DNA of 63,641 bases, filler included, from Octopus bimaculoides (taxonomy: Eukaryota), in assembly GCF_001194135.2 (NCBI RefSeq). It is 7 parts of 6 records of this genome, joined end to end, with 100 filler letters (N's around TTAATTAATTAA, not from the genome) between each part and the next. Parts side by side here need not be neighbours in the genome. Positions count along the whole stretch, not along the records: positions 1 to 16,906 come from NC_068996.1; positions 17,007 to 26,924 come from NC_069001.1; 5 more parts are not named here. The stretch is one strand, 5' to 3'. Below are positions 12,620 through 25,439 of the stretch, piece after piece; within the stretch, counting starts at the first letter, position 1; each line of letters opens with the position of its first letter. The position numbers were made by a program, and so were the translations under genes. The notes below the pieces were generated by a model, which made no database searches, had not been told where the DNA came from, and was given only the letters and a program-made list of their open reading frames with translations.

Positions 12620-12995
12620 ATGTCCTTTTATTCTTTTACTTGTTTCAGTCATTTGACTGTGGCCATGTTGGAGCACCACCTTTTTAGTTGAACAAATCAA
12701 CCCCAGGACTTATCCTTTGTAAGCCTAGCATTCATTCTATCGGTCTCTTTTGCCAAACCTCTAAGTTATGGGGATGTGAACACACTAACATTGGTTGTCA
12801 AATGATGGAGGGGCAGACAAACACAGACACACATATACATATATATATAGCTTCTTTCGGTTTCCATCTACCAAATCTACTCACAAGGCTTTGGTTGGCC
12901 CAAGGTTATAGTAAAAAACACTTGCCCAAGGTGCCACGCAATGAGACTGAACCGGGAATCATGTGGTTGGTAGGCAAGCTACTTACCGCACAGCA
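12620..12995 (-). mobile_element. SINE A, near full length
   Basis: reverse-complement tail, TA repeat and head in order. Confidence 0.85.
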
Positions 12996-13360
12996 AAATC
13001 TATATACATATATATTATATATACATATATATTATATATACATATATATTATATATTACATATATATATTAATAATGAGAAATATTTCATAGATAGATAC
13101 TGTTATATTTTTATGAGTGCATTGCCATATATTTTTCGCTATTACATGTATTTTTGGGGGACTATCTCACCACATCCATCAAATGTTATTGAATATTAAG
13201 CACAGGAGTGACTGTGCGGTAAGTAGCTTGCTTACAAATCACATGGTTCCAAGTTCAGTCCCACTGTGTAGCATCTTAGGCAAGTGTCTTCTACGATAGC
13301 CGCTGCCTGACCAAAACCTTGTGAGTGGATATGGTAGACAGAAACTGAAAGAAGCCCATC

Positions 13361-13418
<58 letters not shown>

Positions 13419-13435
13419 TTGTGTGTGTGTGTATA

Positions 13436-13665
13436 TTTTAAAGCAGCTGAAATATAACAAAAAACTGTTACTTGGAGTTTCACGTTCTCGTTCATCGGAC
13501 AGTTTTGTTTTATCTAACAAAACTGTCCAATGAACAGGAACGTGAAACTCCGAGTAACAGTTTTTTGTTATATTTCGGCTGCTTTTAAATAAAGCATATT
13601 ACTCTATCTCTGGTATTTGAGTACTCTTTTTTTCCACCTTGTTACACATTTATGTGTTTACTCCA
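13436..13665. mobile_element. fold-back (palindromic) Penelope-type terminal element
   Basis: ~74-bp inverted arms 13436-13509 / 13516-13589 with five substitutions in the core alignment; trailing AATAAA-containing tail ending in (TA)n. Confidence 0.7.
13519..13564 (+). ncRNA. type I hammerhead-like motif (core variant); mirror copy on minus strand 13461-13506
   Basis: AAAACTGT-CC(A/G)ATGA-AC(AG/GA)GAACGT-GAAA-CTCC(G/A)AG-TA-ACAGTTTT: perfect 8-bp stem I, GUA cleavage triplet, core differs from CUGAUGA at U4. Confidence 0.55.
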
Positions 13666-13666
13666 G

Positions 13667-13709
<43 letters not shown>

Positions 13710-14711
13710 TTTTGTGTGTGTGTGTTTTTGCATGTCTGTGTTTGTCCCCCCACCATCATCACTTGACAACCGATGTTGGTGTGTTTATGTGCCTGTAACT
13801 TAGCATTTCAGCAAAAGGGATCAATAGAATAAGTTCTAGGCTTACAAAGAATAAATGCTGGGGTTGATTTGTTCTACTCAAGGTAGTACTCCAGCATGGC
13901 CACAGTCAAAAGACTGAAACAAGTAAATGAATAGAAGGATATCCATGGACCCTAAAGGAGTCACATTAATTTTAACATACACACTTCCTCTGGCAAATTT
14001 GCATTAATGTTCTTAGGATTGTCTTGTTGTTTATACTCCAGGATATTAATCATTCTGCACCAATCAAAAAGTTCTGCTGGATAAATGGGCGGTGTTTGTA
14101 AATTCCTGCAAATTACTAAACAGATGTATTGATAAAAGGCAAGGAATTTCAAAAAAGGATTGTTTTGTTTGTTGCTTACATATAAAAGCAGGTGGATATG
14201 GAGAGGAAGCGGAGAGAGAAAGACAAAGAAAAGAAAAGTACAAGAAGGAGATAAAAATCACAAATTGTATTCAGTTATGTGTGCACAGAGAGAAAGGCAG
14301 GAAGAATAAAAAAAACCCTAAAAAAAAAAAAAACTGAGGAACACAGGGAAGAGAGAAAGAAAGAGAAAAAGAGAAAATATAAAGTGATTTAATGACGAAC
14401 CACATTTAGTTGACAGAGGATTTGAACTCCAACTCAAACCTGTGTTTCACTAATGAATAGACAAATGCCATAAATGAAATGAGGAGTGGGGGAAGTAAAA
14501 GTTTGCTTTTATTATTATCAGTTTCGGGCTTTAATTAACTGGCGCCATCCGAATTACTTTATTCAATGGGTTTGATATTAGTAGATGCTTTATGTATATT
14601 GCAGGTTTCCCTTTCTACATGTTCTGGTTTTCCTTACATATCATGCTGTAGTTAACATAGGTAGATGGTCCCTTTGTAGGGTCAGCATAAGGCAGCCTTC
14701 CTTAGATGTAG

Positions 14712-14767
<56 letters not shown>

Positions 14768-15136
14768 ATGTGCATGCAAATGCTTGCCAATATTTACACG
14801 TTCCATGTTTATTACTGTTTCCACAAAGCGGTGCTGATATTGAAATTCGTTGTTGACATTATGAACCAGTTTCTCTGTATTTTCAAAGATATGAGGAACA
14901 AAGAAATCCTTTACTTTAGAAACAGGTAAAGGTTAGCAGCCGAAAGAGCATCAGGGCTATAAAAATCTTGCCTTGAATAACTCTCCAGCCACACCCAAAC
15001 TAGCATGAAAAGTGTATGATGAATGAACAAATAATATAATTCCTATACCTGGGTGCAGGAACAATAAGCACTAAGTGCCTATAGACTTAGATTCTCTCAA
15101 ATGCTCAGGAGGCTCTCATGAGGTTGTAGATAATTC

Positions 15137-15580
15137 CTTATTTCTTTATTGCCCCTCTAAACATAGAGGGGACAAACAAGGACAGATAAAGGGATTAAGT
15201 TGATTACATCGACACCAGTGCATAACTGGTACTTAATTTATCGACCCCGAAAGAATGAAAGGCAAAGTTGACCTCGGCGGAATCTGAACTCCGAACGTAA
15301 TGGCAGACAAAATACCAGTAAGCATTTCACCCGGCATGCTAACATTTCTTATTTCTTTATTGCCCACAAGGGGCTAAACATAGAGGGGATAAACAAGGAC
15401 TGACAAAGGGATTAAGTCAATTACATCGACCCCAGTGCGTAACTGGTACTTAATTTATTGACCCCAAAAGGATGAAAGGCAAATTCGATCATGGCGGAAT
15501 TTGAACTCAGAACGTAACAGCAGACAAAATATCGCTAAGCATTTCGCCCAGTGAGCTAACATTTCTGCCAGCTCGCTGCC
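15137..15580 (-). mobile_element. two tandem SINE B copies
   Basis: reverse complement of the 5518-5748 element twice (15137-15345, 15347-15580). Confidence 0.85.
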
Positions 15581-15617
15581 TTTAGATAATTTCTGTTTCC
15601 TAAATAGCCAAACTAGC

Positions 15618-16110
15618 AATGGTGAAGGATGCTCTGAAAGTATTGTTTCTAGAATAAGAATAAGGTGGAGGAAGTTCAGAGATCTATTACCTCTGTTGGT
15701 AACAATAGGACTCTCTCTGAGAGTGATGTTTGCATACAAATGGCTATACTCCATGGTAGTGAGATATGGGCTCTGGATGCAGAAGATATATGTAGACTGG
15801 AGAGAAGTGAAGGCAGTATTCTTCATTGGATGTGCAACATCAGTGTGCATGTATGACAAGAGGAATCAAATGTATTATGCAAGAAAGAAGATTATGTTGG
15901 TTTGGACATGTAATCCTTATGAATGAGGACTGGTGCATAAAGAAGTGCTGATCACTGAAAGTAGATGGTACCCGTGAAAGAAGGAGACCCAGGAAGACGT
16001 GAAGTGAAGTGGTGAGGACTGATCTCAGGATGCTTGGCCTCATGGAGGAAATGACAATGTACCGAGAGGTTTGACAATATGAAGTTCTTGAGAAGACCTG
16101 CTCATGTCAA
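15618..16110 (+). mobile_element. RTE LINE 3' fragment
   Basis: AILHGSEIWALDAEDICRLERSEGSILHWMCN is homologous to 34500-34990. Confidence 0.8.
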
Positions 16111-16467
16111 TGAAACGGAGCTGTAAAAGTTTTGTGTGTTCTACAAGTGCTTATGTTCCACCCACACATAACAAGAAAACTTTCCACATACCATAACCTA
16201 ACAAACCACACACACACCCTACCCCGACAAACCACATGCACCCTACTTCAACAAACCACACACCTTACCATAACAACACCAAACTATAACTCTTCTCCTA
16301 CTCACATTTCTTTCCTGCACTGTGCTTACCTCTCACTCCCCAATTCCATCCTCATGGCCCTGTTCCAGCAGCCCCTATCTCTAAATACTCAAATTTTTCA
16401 CCACTCACTGCATTCCAATCTCACATTTCTCCACATTTCCCGATGAAGGGCACCTAAACTGAAAATA

Positions 16468-16660
16468 TTAACCCTTTACCATTCAGATTACTCTATCAAA
16501 TGTAATGCTTATATATTTACATTATTTTGAATTACTCATGCATGGCCTTGAAGCTTTGAGATTTCAGTCATGTGACTCTTTAAGTATGACATTGTAGGGT
16601 AGGTGTAAGAGGCCAGATCTGGCTGATTTGAACATAAATCAAGAAGTGTATTTGGGCTGG
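16468..16660. mobile_element. piggyBac-type MITE fragment (TTAA-CCCTTT.. terminus); related ends at 28729-28850 and 59807-59835
   Basis: TTAACCCTTTA(G/C)CAT terminus at 16468 and 28729 (variant at 59807); 16590-16660 is the reverse complement of the 28740-28840 region. Confidence 0.5.
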
Positions 16661-16671
16661 ATATACTCATT

Positions 16672-16890
16672 ACTCTTTTACTTGTTTCAGTCATTTGACT
16701 GTGGCCATGCTGGAGCACCGCCTTTAGTCGAACAAATCGACCCCAGGACTTATTCTCTGTAAGCCTAGTACTTATTCTATCTGTCTCTTTTGCCAAACCG
16801 CTAAGTTACGGGGACATAAACACACCAGCATTGGTTGTCAAGTGATATTGGGGGGACAAACACAGATACACAAACATATACACACACATA
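16672..16890 (-). mobile_element. SINE A 3' module
   Basis: reverse complement of 46985-47190. Confidence 0.85.
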
Positions 16891-16906
16891 CATATATATA
16901 TATATA

Positions 16907-17006
16907 NNNNNNNNNNNNNNNNNNNNNNNNNNNNNNNNNNNNNNNNNNNNTTAATTAATTAANNNNNNNNNNNNNNNNNNNNNNNNNNNNNNNNNNNNNN
17001 NNNNNN
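16907..17006. other. assembly spacer N44-TTAATTAATTAA-N44 (also 26925-27024, 50703-50802, 55750-55849, 59360-59459, 61916-62015)
   Basis: identical 100-bp pattern six times; the 12-mer has stop codons in all six frames. Confidence 0.95.
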
Positions 17007-17009
17007 CTG

Positions 17010-17564
17010 TAACATTAATAACAACAATAATAACAACAACAACAACAACAACAACAACCGGTAACAAGACTAGGGGTGGTGCGTGCGGTGCACGTGGGTG
17101 TAGCAGCAGCAGTTAAAACAACAACAACAACAACAACAATAACAGCAATCACAAGCAAAACAACAGCAACCGACGCAGCAAAAAAGGGAGCAGTGAAAGC
17201 AGCAGACAGCCATGTTGGCTTTAGCAATGAGGAGAGAGAGAGAGAGAGAGTAAAAGAGGGGAGGAGGGGGAGGAGAGGATAAGAGGAACAGCACCATCAA
17301 TAACAGCTACAACAACAACAACAATGGTAAGGAGAAGAAGAAGAAGAAGAAGAAGAAGAACGGCAACAAGTTAACGTAGATAGCAGTGAAACAGCAGGGG
17401 AAAAGATGTGTTGGCATGGAAACAGCGGAACAGCCATGATGGCAATCTGACGCTGGAGTATACGATTACTACTACTACAACTACTACTACTACTGCTACT
17501 GCTGCAGCTGCTGCTGTTGCTGCTCTCGATGCTGTTACTGCTGCTGCTGCTCTTACTACTGCTG

Positions 17565-17608
<44 letters not shown>

Positions 17609-17627
17609 GCTACTGCTGCAGCTGCTG

Positions 17628-17665
<38 letters not shown>

Positions 17666-17739
17666 GCTACTACTACTACTACTGTTGTTGCTGCAGCAAT
17701 AAAAGCAGCAAAAGCAACAGCAGCAATTGTAGTAGTAGC

Positions 17740-17771
<32 letters not shown>

Positions 17772-18130
17772 CAGTAGTAGTAGTAGTAGTAATAGCAGCA
17801 GCAGTGTTGCAAAATCCTCAACAAGAACAGTAACATGTAAGAAGTGGGAATACACTTTATATACAGACATACATACACACATATATACATACATACATAA
17901 ATACATACATACACACATATATACATACATATATACACACGTATATATACATGCATACATGCATACATAGACACACATATATATATACATACACACATAT
18001 ATATACATACATATGTACGTACATACACACATATATACATACATACACATATACATACATATCTGTATATATATGTATGTGTGTACGTAGGTGTGTGTGC
18101 GTATGCGTGTGTGTAAGTCTCTATATATAC
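17010..18130. repeat. compound trinucleotide (AAC/AAG/CTA/CTG/GTA) and (CATA) microsatellite block
   Basis: direct reading; source of several spurious ORFs. Confidence 0.95.
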
Positions 18131-18134
18131 ATTC

Positions 18135-18288
18135 ATACTTCTTTCATTTCTTATACTTGTTTCAGTCATTTGAAGAAGAAATAGAACCCAGGACTTATTC
18201 TTTGTACACTTAGTACTTATTCTATCGGTCCCTGTTGCCGATGGTGGCAGGGGGGACAAACACTGACACACAAATACATACATATATG

Positions 18289-18327
<39 letters not shown>

Positions 18328-18665
18328 CACGCTTCTTTCAGTTTCCATTTACCAAATCCACAAGGCTTTGGTCGGCCCAAGTTTATCGTAGAAGACACTT
18401 GCCCAAGGTGCCACTCAGTGGAACTAAACCTGGAACCATGTGGTTGGGAAGCAAGCTTCTCACCACACAGCCACTCCTGCGCCTATCTATATATATATAT
18501 ATATACATATATACAAGCTGAACTCGGAACCATTTGGTTGGGAAGCAAGCTTCTCACCACACAGCCACTCCTGCGCCTATATATATATATATATATACAT
18601 ATATACAAGCTGAACTCGGAACCATTTGGTTGGGAAGCAAGCTTCTTACCACAGAGCCACTCTTG
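18135..18665 (-). mobile_element. SINE A followed by two extra tandem copies of its 5' head
   Basis: GGAACCAT anchors at 18432, 18526 and 18618. Confidence 0.85.
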
Positions 18666-18893
18666 TGTACATACACATATATATACACGTATATATACAC
18701 ACATATATATACGTATGTTCTTTTATTCTTTTACTTGCTTCAGTCATTAGATTGCGGCCATCCTGGGGCACCACCTTCATGCATCTTTAGTCCAACAAAT
18801 TGCCCCCAGTATTTATATACATACAAACATATATACGTGTGTGTGCATGTGTGTGTGTGTGAGTGTGTGTGTGTATGAATGAATGCATGGAAG

Positions 18894-18950
<57 letters not shown>

Positions 18951-19520
18951 GTGTGTGTGCTGTCCGCCGCAATATCTGGCTGAAGGCCAAGAAGTTAAAA
19001 TCTTTATAGAATAGTAAGTGAACTTTTAGAGAATCTCTCTATATACACAGGCACACAGACCGACAGACCGACAGACAATTACGACGAAGTGATTCTCTCT
19101 CTTTCTCTCTCTCTCTCTTCCTTTCTTTCTCCCTTTCTCGCCATCTCACATTCTCTTTCACTCCTTCTCACTAAATACGTGTGTGTGTGTGTGTTGTGTT
19201 AGTGTGTGTGTGTGTGTACCCACGTATATTTAACATATATACGTTCACCTGCCTATTTATATATTTATATTCGTATGATACGTAGATGTCTACGTGCGTG
19301 TGTATATCCTTGTGTATTGTGTTGTGTGTGTGTGTGAGCGTGTGTGTGTGTGCGTGTGTGTGTGTGTGTGTATGTGTGTGTGTGGATACACAAATATATA
19401 TACACGTTTGTTGTTTCATAATTGGGAGAATGGTTTGCTGCTAATGTTTTTGTTTTCATGTTTGTTTTATTTCTGTATATTTGTATGTGTGTGTGTGCGT
19501 ATATGTATGTGTGTGTGCAT

Positions 19521-19576
<56 letters not shown>

Positions 19577-19950
19577 NNNNNNNNNNNNNNNNNNNNNNNN
19601 NNNNNNNNNNNNNNNNNNNNNNNNNNNNNNNNNNNNNNNNNNNNNNNNNNNNNNNNNNNNNNNNNNNNNNNNNNNNNNNNNNNNNNNNNNNNNNNNNNNN
19701 NNNNNNNNNNNNNNNNNNNNNNNNNNNNNNNNNNNNNNNNNNNNNNNNNNNNNNNNNNNNNNNNNNNNNNNNNNNNNNNNNNNNNNNNNNNNNNNNNNNN
19801 NNNNNNNNNNNNNNNNNNNNNNNNNNNNNNNNNNNNNNNNNNNNNNNNNNNNNNNTGTGTATTGTGTTGTGTGTGTGTGTGAGCGTGTGTGTGTGTGCGT
19901 GTGTGTGTGTGTGTGTATGTGTGTGTGTGTGTGTGTGTAAGGAAACTACG

Positions 19951-20260
19951 ACAAGATAGAAAAGTTTGAAATAATTTTATCATGAAATACATTCCGTAAT
20001 GGTTTATACCGGTTTCAGTCTTTTCGACTTTTTCAACTGCGAGTAAAACAAAGGTGAAATATTAATTAAGAAGAAAAACAATTAAATTGTGTTTCTTCTT
20101 AATTAACATCCAGCTCTGTTTTATTCTTAGTTGAAATGTCGAAAAAACTGAAACCGGTATAAACCGTTACGAAATGTATTTCATGATAAAATTATTTTAA
20201 ACTTTTCTATTTTGTCTTATTTTCCTTATTCATATCAACTCGTCTGTTACTTTTCAACCA
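19951..20260. mobile_element. fold-back element with ~130-bp inverted arms
   Basis: 19951-20083 is the imperfect reverse complement of 20085-20215. Confidence 0.8.
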
Positions 20261-20684
20261 TTCTACACACACACATATATATACATATATATATATATAT
20301 ATCATCGTTTATTTCTTTGTCATTTCATTTTCTTACTTGTGTATGTGTGTGTGTGTCATTTTTGGAACTAATGGGTATACCTCAATTACTATGTTAAGTA
20401 AAGCACATTCGCAGTTTGGGCTACCTGATGTCAGCCACGGTTAGGGTATATATATCCCCTGGACCTACGTCAGGCACAAACAACATGTCTAGGAAATCTC
20501 AATAAATCTAGCAAGACATCCCCTTCTGAATGCATGTACCTGATGAGACACAAACTGCTGAGATTGATGCAACGCTACTAGATGAACAAAATTTTACCCA
20601 TAACAGACAGTTGCAGAATAAGTCGAAACGATCGTCGTGTTAAATAAAAACTAGTGCTAAATATATCTTCCGATTTCTTCATCA

Positions 20685-20794
<110 letters not shown>

Positions 20795-20811
20795 TATTAT
20801 TATTATTTTAT

Positions 20812-21752
20812 GTTTGACTTTTGTTTTGCATTTGTACAAGTTGGATCCAAGTCTCACCCAGAGACCTCAAAAGAAAACAAGTTAGAAGTTCATGTAGGTG
20901 TTATGCCTAGGGTACCATATATTTGGATTTGTACAGTTTTGTTCAAGTGAATGTTTAAGAAACCATAAGAAAATTATGTGTTTGCTTTAAAATTTGAGNN
21001 NNNNNNNNNNNNNNNNNNNNNNNNNNNNNNNNNNNNNNNNNNNNNNNNNNNNNNNNNNNNNNNNNNNNNNNNNNNNNNNNNNNNNNNNNNNNNNNNNNNN
21101 NNNNNNNNNNNNNNNNNNNNNNNNNNNNNNNNNNNNNNNNNNNNNNNNNNNNNNNNNNNNNNNNNNNNNNNNNNNNNNNNNNNNNNNNNNNNNNNNNNNN
21201 NNNNNNNNNNNNNNNNNNNNNNNNNNNNNNNNNNNNNNNNNNNNNNNNNNNNNNNNNNNNNNNNNNNNNNNNNNNNNNNNNNNNNNNNNNNNNNNNNNNN
21301 NNNNNNNNNNNNNNNNNNNNNNNNNNNNNNNNNNNNNNNNNNNNNNNNNNNNNNNNNNNNNNNNNNNNNNNNNNNNNNNNNNNNNNNNNNNNNNNNNNNN
21401 NNNNNNNNNNNNNNNNNNNNNNNNNNNNNNNNNNNNNNNNNNNNNNNNNNNNNNNNNNNNNNNNNNNNNNNNTGTCTGAAGTCTTTCAGTATGATGTCTG
21501 GCCTATTTGCGTCTATCTTTCTGTCAGTTTGAATGGTGAAGTTCCTGAGGAGTGCAATGTGATCATTTTCAAGTACTGGGGGTGGTTTGTGTTCCCACCA
21601 GTTTTTATCATGGGGCAAGTCCAGGTTTTTGCATATTACCCACTGAATATATTGTGCAGCTCTATCATGCCTGTTGAGATACTCTGTAGGCGCAAGCAGA
21701 CTGCACATGGAGACATGATCGATGGTCTCATTTTGTTGTTGGCATATACGAC
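20812..21752 (-). mobile_element. 5'-truncated R4/Dong-like non-LTR retrotransposon (CCHC knuckle + restriction-like endonuclease)
   Basis: CRICQQQNETIDHVSMC..EYLNRHD..NRPDII; flanked on both sides by (AAT)n on its sense strand; middle is a gap. Confidence 0.85.
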
Positions 21753-21771
21753 ATTATTATTATTATTATTA

Positions 21772-21832
<61 letters not shown>

Positions 21833-23156
21833 CATATATATGTATATAGATTCATACATACATACATATATATATACGCACACAAACACGGGGACACTCC
21901 ATTAGAATTCTTTCATACTGGATGTGTGACTGTCGTATCACAGTAATTTCTAGTATTTTGTGATATATTCAGTGATATATTTTATATGAATGCATTGTAC
22001 TACGTTTTTACTACCACATCATACCTCCAAAGTATTTCAAGCATTTTATATCAATTACATAACTCATTATTGAGTTCATAATTCCTAGTATAATGTACTT
22101 TATAATTTCGATTCGTTTTGAAGCTCTTCTGATATCGTCTACCTTGGGTAATACCCCGACCCCGCCACCGACACTTCCTCCGTCGTTATTGATGTCGTCG
22201 TGTCAAGATATGCGGTCTGTAGTGAATTCAATTTTGAAACTAATATCGCTATGATGTTGAATAAATGTGTATAAATGAGATCAGAAGAATAACCAATTAT
22301 ATTAGAACGCTGTCGTGAAACTCAATGAATAGTCTCACATGCATATATATANNNNNNNNNNNNNNNNNNNNNNNNNNNNNNNNNNNNNNNNNNNNNNNNN
22401 NNNNNNNNNNNNNNNNNNNNNNNNNNNNNNNNNNNNNNNNNNNNNNNNNNNNNNNNNNNNNNNNNNNNNNNNNNNNNNNNNNNNNNNNNNNNNNNNNNNN
22501 NNNNNNNNNNNNNNNNNNNNNNNNNNNNNNNNNNNNNNNNNNNNNNNNNNNNNNNNNNNNNNNNNNNNNNNNNNNNNNNNNNNNNNNNNNNNNNNNNNNN
22601 NNNNNNNNNNNNNNNNNNNNNNNNNNNNNNNNNNNNNNNNNNNNNNNNNNNNNNNNNNNNNNNNNNNNNNNNNNNNNNNNNNNNNNNNNNNNNNNNNNNN
22701 NNNNNNNNNNNNNNNNNNNNNNNNNNNNNNNNNNNNNNNNNNNNNNNNNNNNNNNNNNNNNNNNNNNNNNNNNNNNNNNNNNNNNNNNNNNNNNNNNNNN
22801 NNNNNNNNNNNNNNNNNNNNNNNNNNNNNNNNNNNNNNNNNNNNNNNNNNNNNNNNNNNNNNNNNNNNNNNNNNNNNNNNNNNNNNNNNNNNNNNNNNNN
22901 NNNNNNNNNNNNNNNNNNNNNNNNNNNNNNNNNNNNNNNNNNNNNNNNNNNNNNNNNNNNNNNNNNNNNNNNNNNNNNNNNNNNNNNNNNNNNNNNNNNN
23001 NNNNNNNNNNNNNNNNNNNNNNNNNNNNNNNNNNNNNNNNNNNNNNNNNNNNNNNNNNNNNNNNNNNNNNNNNNNNNNNNNNNNNCCCCACCGGTAATCA
23101 TTTTTGCCCGGCGTGCTAACGATTTTACTATCTCGCCTCCTGGGTTGGCCCAAATA

Positions 23157-23367
23157 CAGGGTGCGGCAGAAATGCCTCCTACATTTTAAACTTTCACCTA
23201 TGTGTTGCTAATGAACTCATGCAAATGCCAATGACGTTTTCATTTAGCTAATGAACAAAAACTGTAACCCTTTGTTTAAACAACAGCAGAATTAATTTTT
23301 CATAAATGCTGTTTCTTTTTCCTTTTACCACCCTTTCAAATGTGGGAGGTATTTCTGCCGCACCTTG
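23157..23367. mobile_element. Tc1/mariner-type MITE, 211 bp
   Basis: ~30-bp TIRs CA(G/A)GGTGCGGCAGAAAT(G/A)CCTCC(T/C)ACATTT and TA on both flanks. Confidence 0.85.
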
Positions 23368-24103
23368 TATTACGAAAGAAATTGTAGCTAGACAGAAGGT
23401 GTGTTGAGGCTCGTCAGGTAAACTATACGTGAGGAAGTCATAAAAAAAAACAACACATACACAGACACAAATATGCAGCCATGCTTACGTTCTATACTAC
23501 ATATACGTATTATTTCTTATTCCAATAAATGTGTTGTAAATGCGCGCTGTACATGCATGAATGGTATGACATCATTAAGTGCCTCAATATTTGAATATAT
23601 TGCGAAATACAGAATAATAAACAGCATTTTCTTTCATGTGGAACTCTTCTCCTTGAAGCCTACTAATTTAAACAAGGTTATCTTGAAACTAAATTATCTA
23701 CTTCTCGTATAGTAATTTCTCAAATTGATACGCGGCCAGAAATTTATAGAAATGGAGAATAGCCAATTAAATAAGCCTAATCCATAACTGGAATACGTTT
23801 TTATCGAGATCAAAGGAAAGAATAGCCATTTCAGCATATGTGGGACTTGATATCAGCTGTAATAGTATAAAACCGAATACTGAAATCATTTTGTTTGTCC
23901 GATTCTCGACTGTTTTCCTCACCGCTTTTCTAATGCTACTCTAGCACTTTCACCAAAAATATTCACCCAGACACATTAGACTCCACAGAAAATCCGTTCC
24001 TGTTCCATTCACATTCATTAAAACACAGTCGTACACGTTTAAAGTTGCTTTAGGAAAAATGAGATGAAAAAAAAGTTATATACGCTAATTGTAATGAGTA
24101 AAT

Positions 24104-24290
<187 letters not shown>

Positions 24291-24294
24291 GCAA

Positions 24295-24750
24295 GTAGAA
24301 TTGTTAGCGAGTCGGGCAAAATTCTGAACGGCATTTTGTCCGTCTTCACGTTCTGAGTTCAGATCCTACCGAGGTAGACTTTGCCGTTCGTCCTTACAGG
24401 GTCGATAAAATAAGAACCAGTTGAGCACAAGATTACTGGCCTTGCGCCAAGGGTTTGAAACAATGTTTTTACATTCGTATTACATCTCATAAATGTTTCA
24501 ATATAAGCGAGACGTGCTAGCCTTGTGTCATAATTTGAAACTAATATTTAAGGCGAAGGGCTTCCAGAATCGTTAGCCTGCCGGGCGAAATGCTTAACGG
24601 TATTTCGTCTGTCTTCTGTCTGTCTTGGTATAAAAGATGGGCTACAACAAATCGACTTTGCCTTTCATCCTTCTGAGGCTGATAAAATAAGTGCGAGTTA
24701 AACACTGGAGTCGATGTTCCCCGAGATTGCTGGCCTTGTGTCAAAATTTT
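24295..24750 (+). mobile_element. two degenerate SINE B copies
   Basis: GTTCTGAGTTC..GACTTTGCC..TCCTT..GGTCGATAAAATAAG motifs at 24345-24425 and 24565-24750. Confidence 0.7.
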
Positions 24751-25403
24751 AAACCAATATAAGGAGAGCAGTTGTTTATAGATCAAATGCTATCCATCTT
24801 ATCCTATTGCCAAAGCGCTACTACAGATTGCTATTCACTTTTCATACTCCACAACCGTACGGTTCCGAATCCGATGCAGATGTACATGTAAATGTCGACG
24901 AGAACACCGGGCTTCTTTCAGTTTCTACTAAGTCCACTCACAAGATTTTGGTCGATGATCCGGGGATATAGTAGAAGATATTTGCCTATAGTTCCAAGCA
25001 AAGCGACTTCAATTCCCTGTTACACCATTTCACTTAATTGATTTCTTATATCTTTCTATTCTATCTGAGATAGGAGGTACTCCCTCCTTCCTCTCCCTGT
25101 CTATCCTCGCCCACTCTCTCCTCCACCTCTCTATCCCTCCATTCTATCCTCCCCTTCTGTCCTTCCTCTCCCTTTCTTTATCCTCCTGTCTATTCTCCTC
25201 TCTCTCTCATTCCCTCTCTATTCTCCCCTTCAATCCTCCCATTTTTATCCTCACCTCTTTATCCTCCCATATTCAATTTTCTCCTTTTCTCTCATTTTCT
25301 CTCTAGCCTCCCTCTTTCATCATTTCCTCGCTATCTTCTCCCTCTCTTTTTCTCCTGTGTCTTCTCTCTCTTTCTCTCCCCTCTCTCTCTTCTCCTCTCT
25401 CCT

Positions 25404-25439
<36 letters not shown>

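Larger units (their letters stand above)
13200..13930 (+). mobile_element. SINE A with a fold-back element nested in its internal microsatellite
   Basis: head 13200-13375, tail 13735-13930, insert 13436-13665. Confidence 0.8.

Noticed and set aside
16951-16962. TTAATTAATTAA islands recurring six times inside gaps
   Set aside because: Identical N44/12/N44 format with six-frame stops: an assembly linker, not biology. Adjacency across these joins is uncertain.
17297-18325. 342-aa ORF with poly-Ser/Tyr/Cys
   Set aside because: Entirely microsatellite-encoded; no domain signal.
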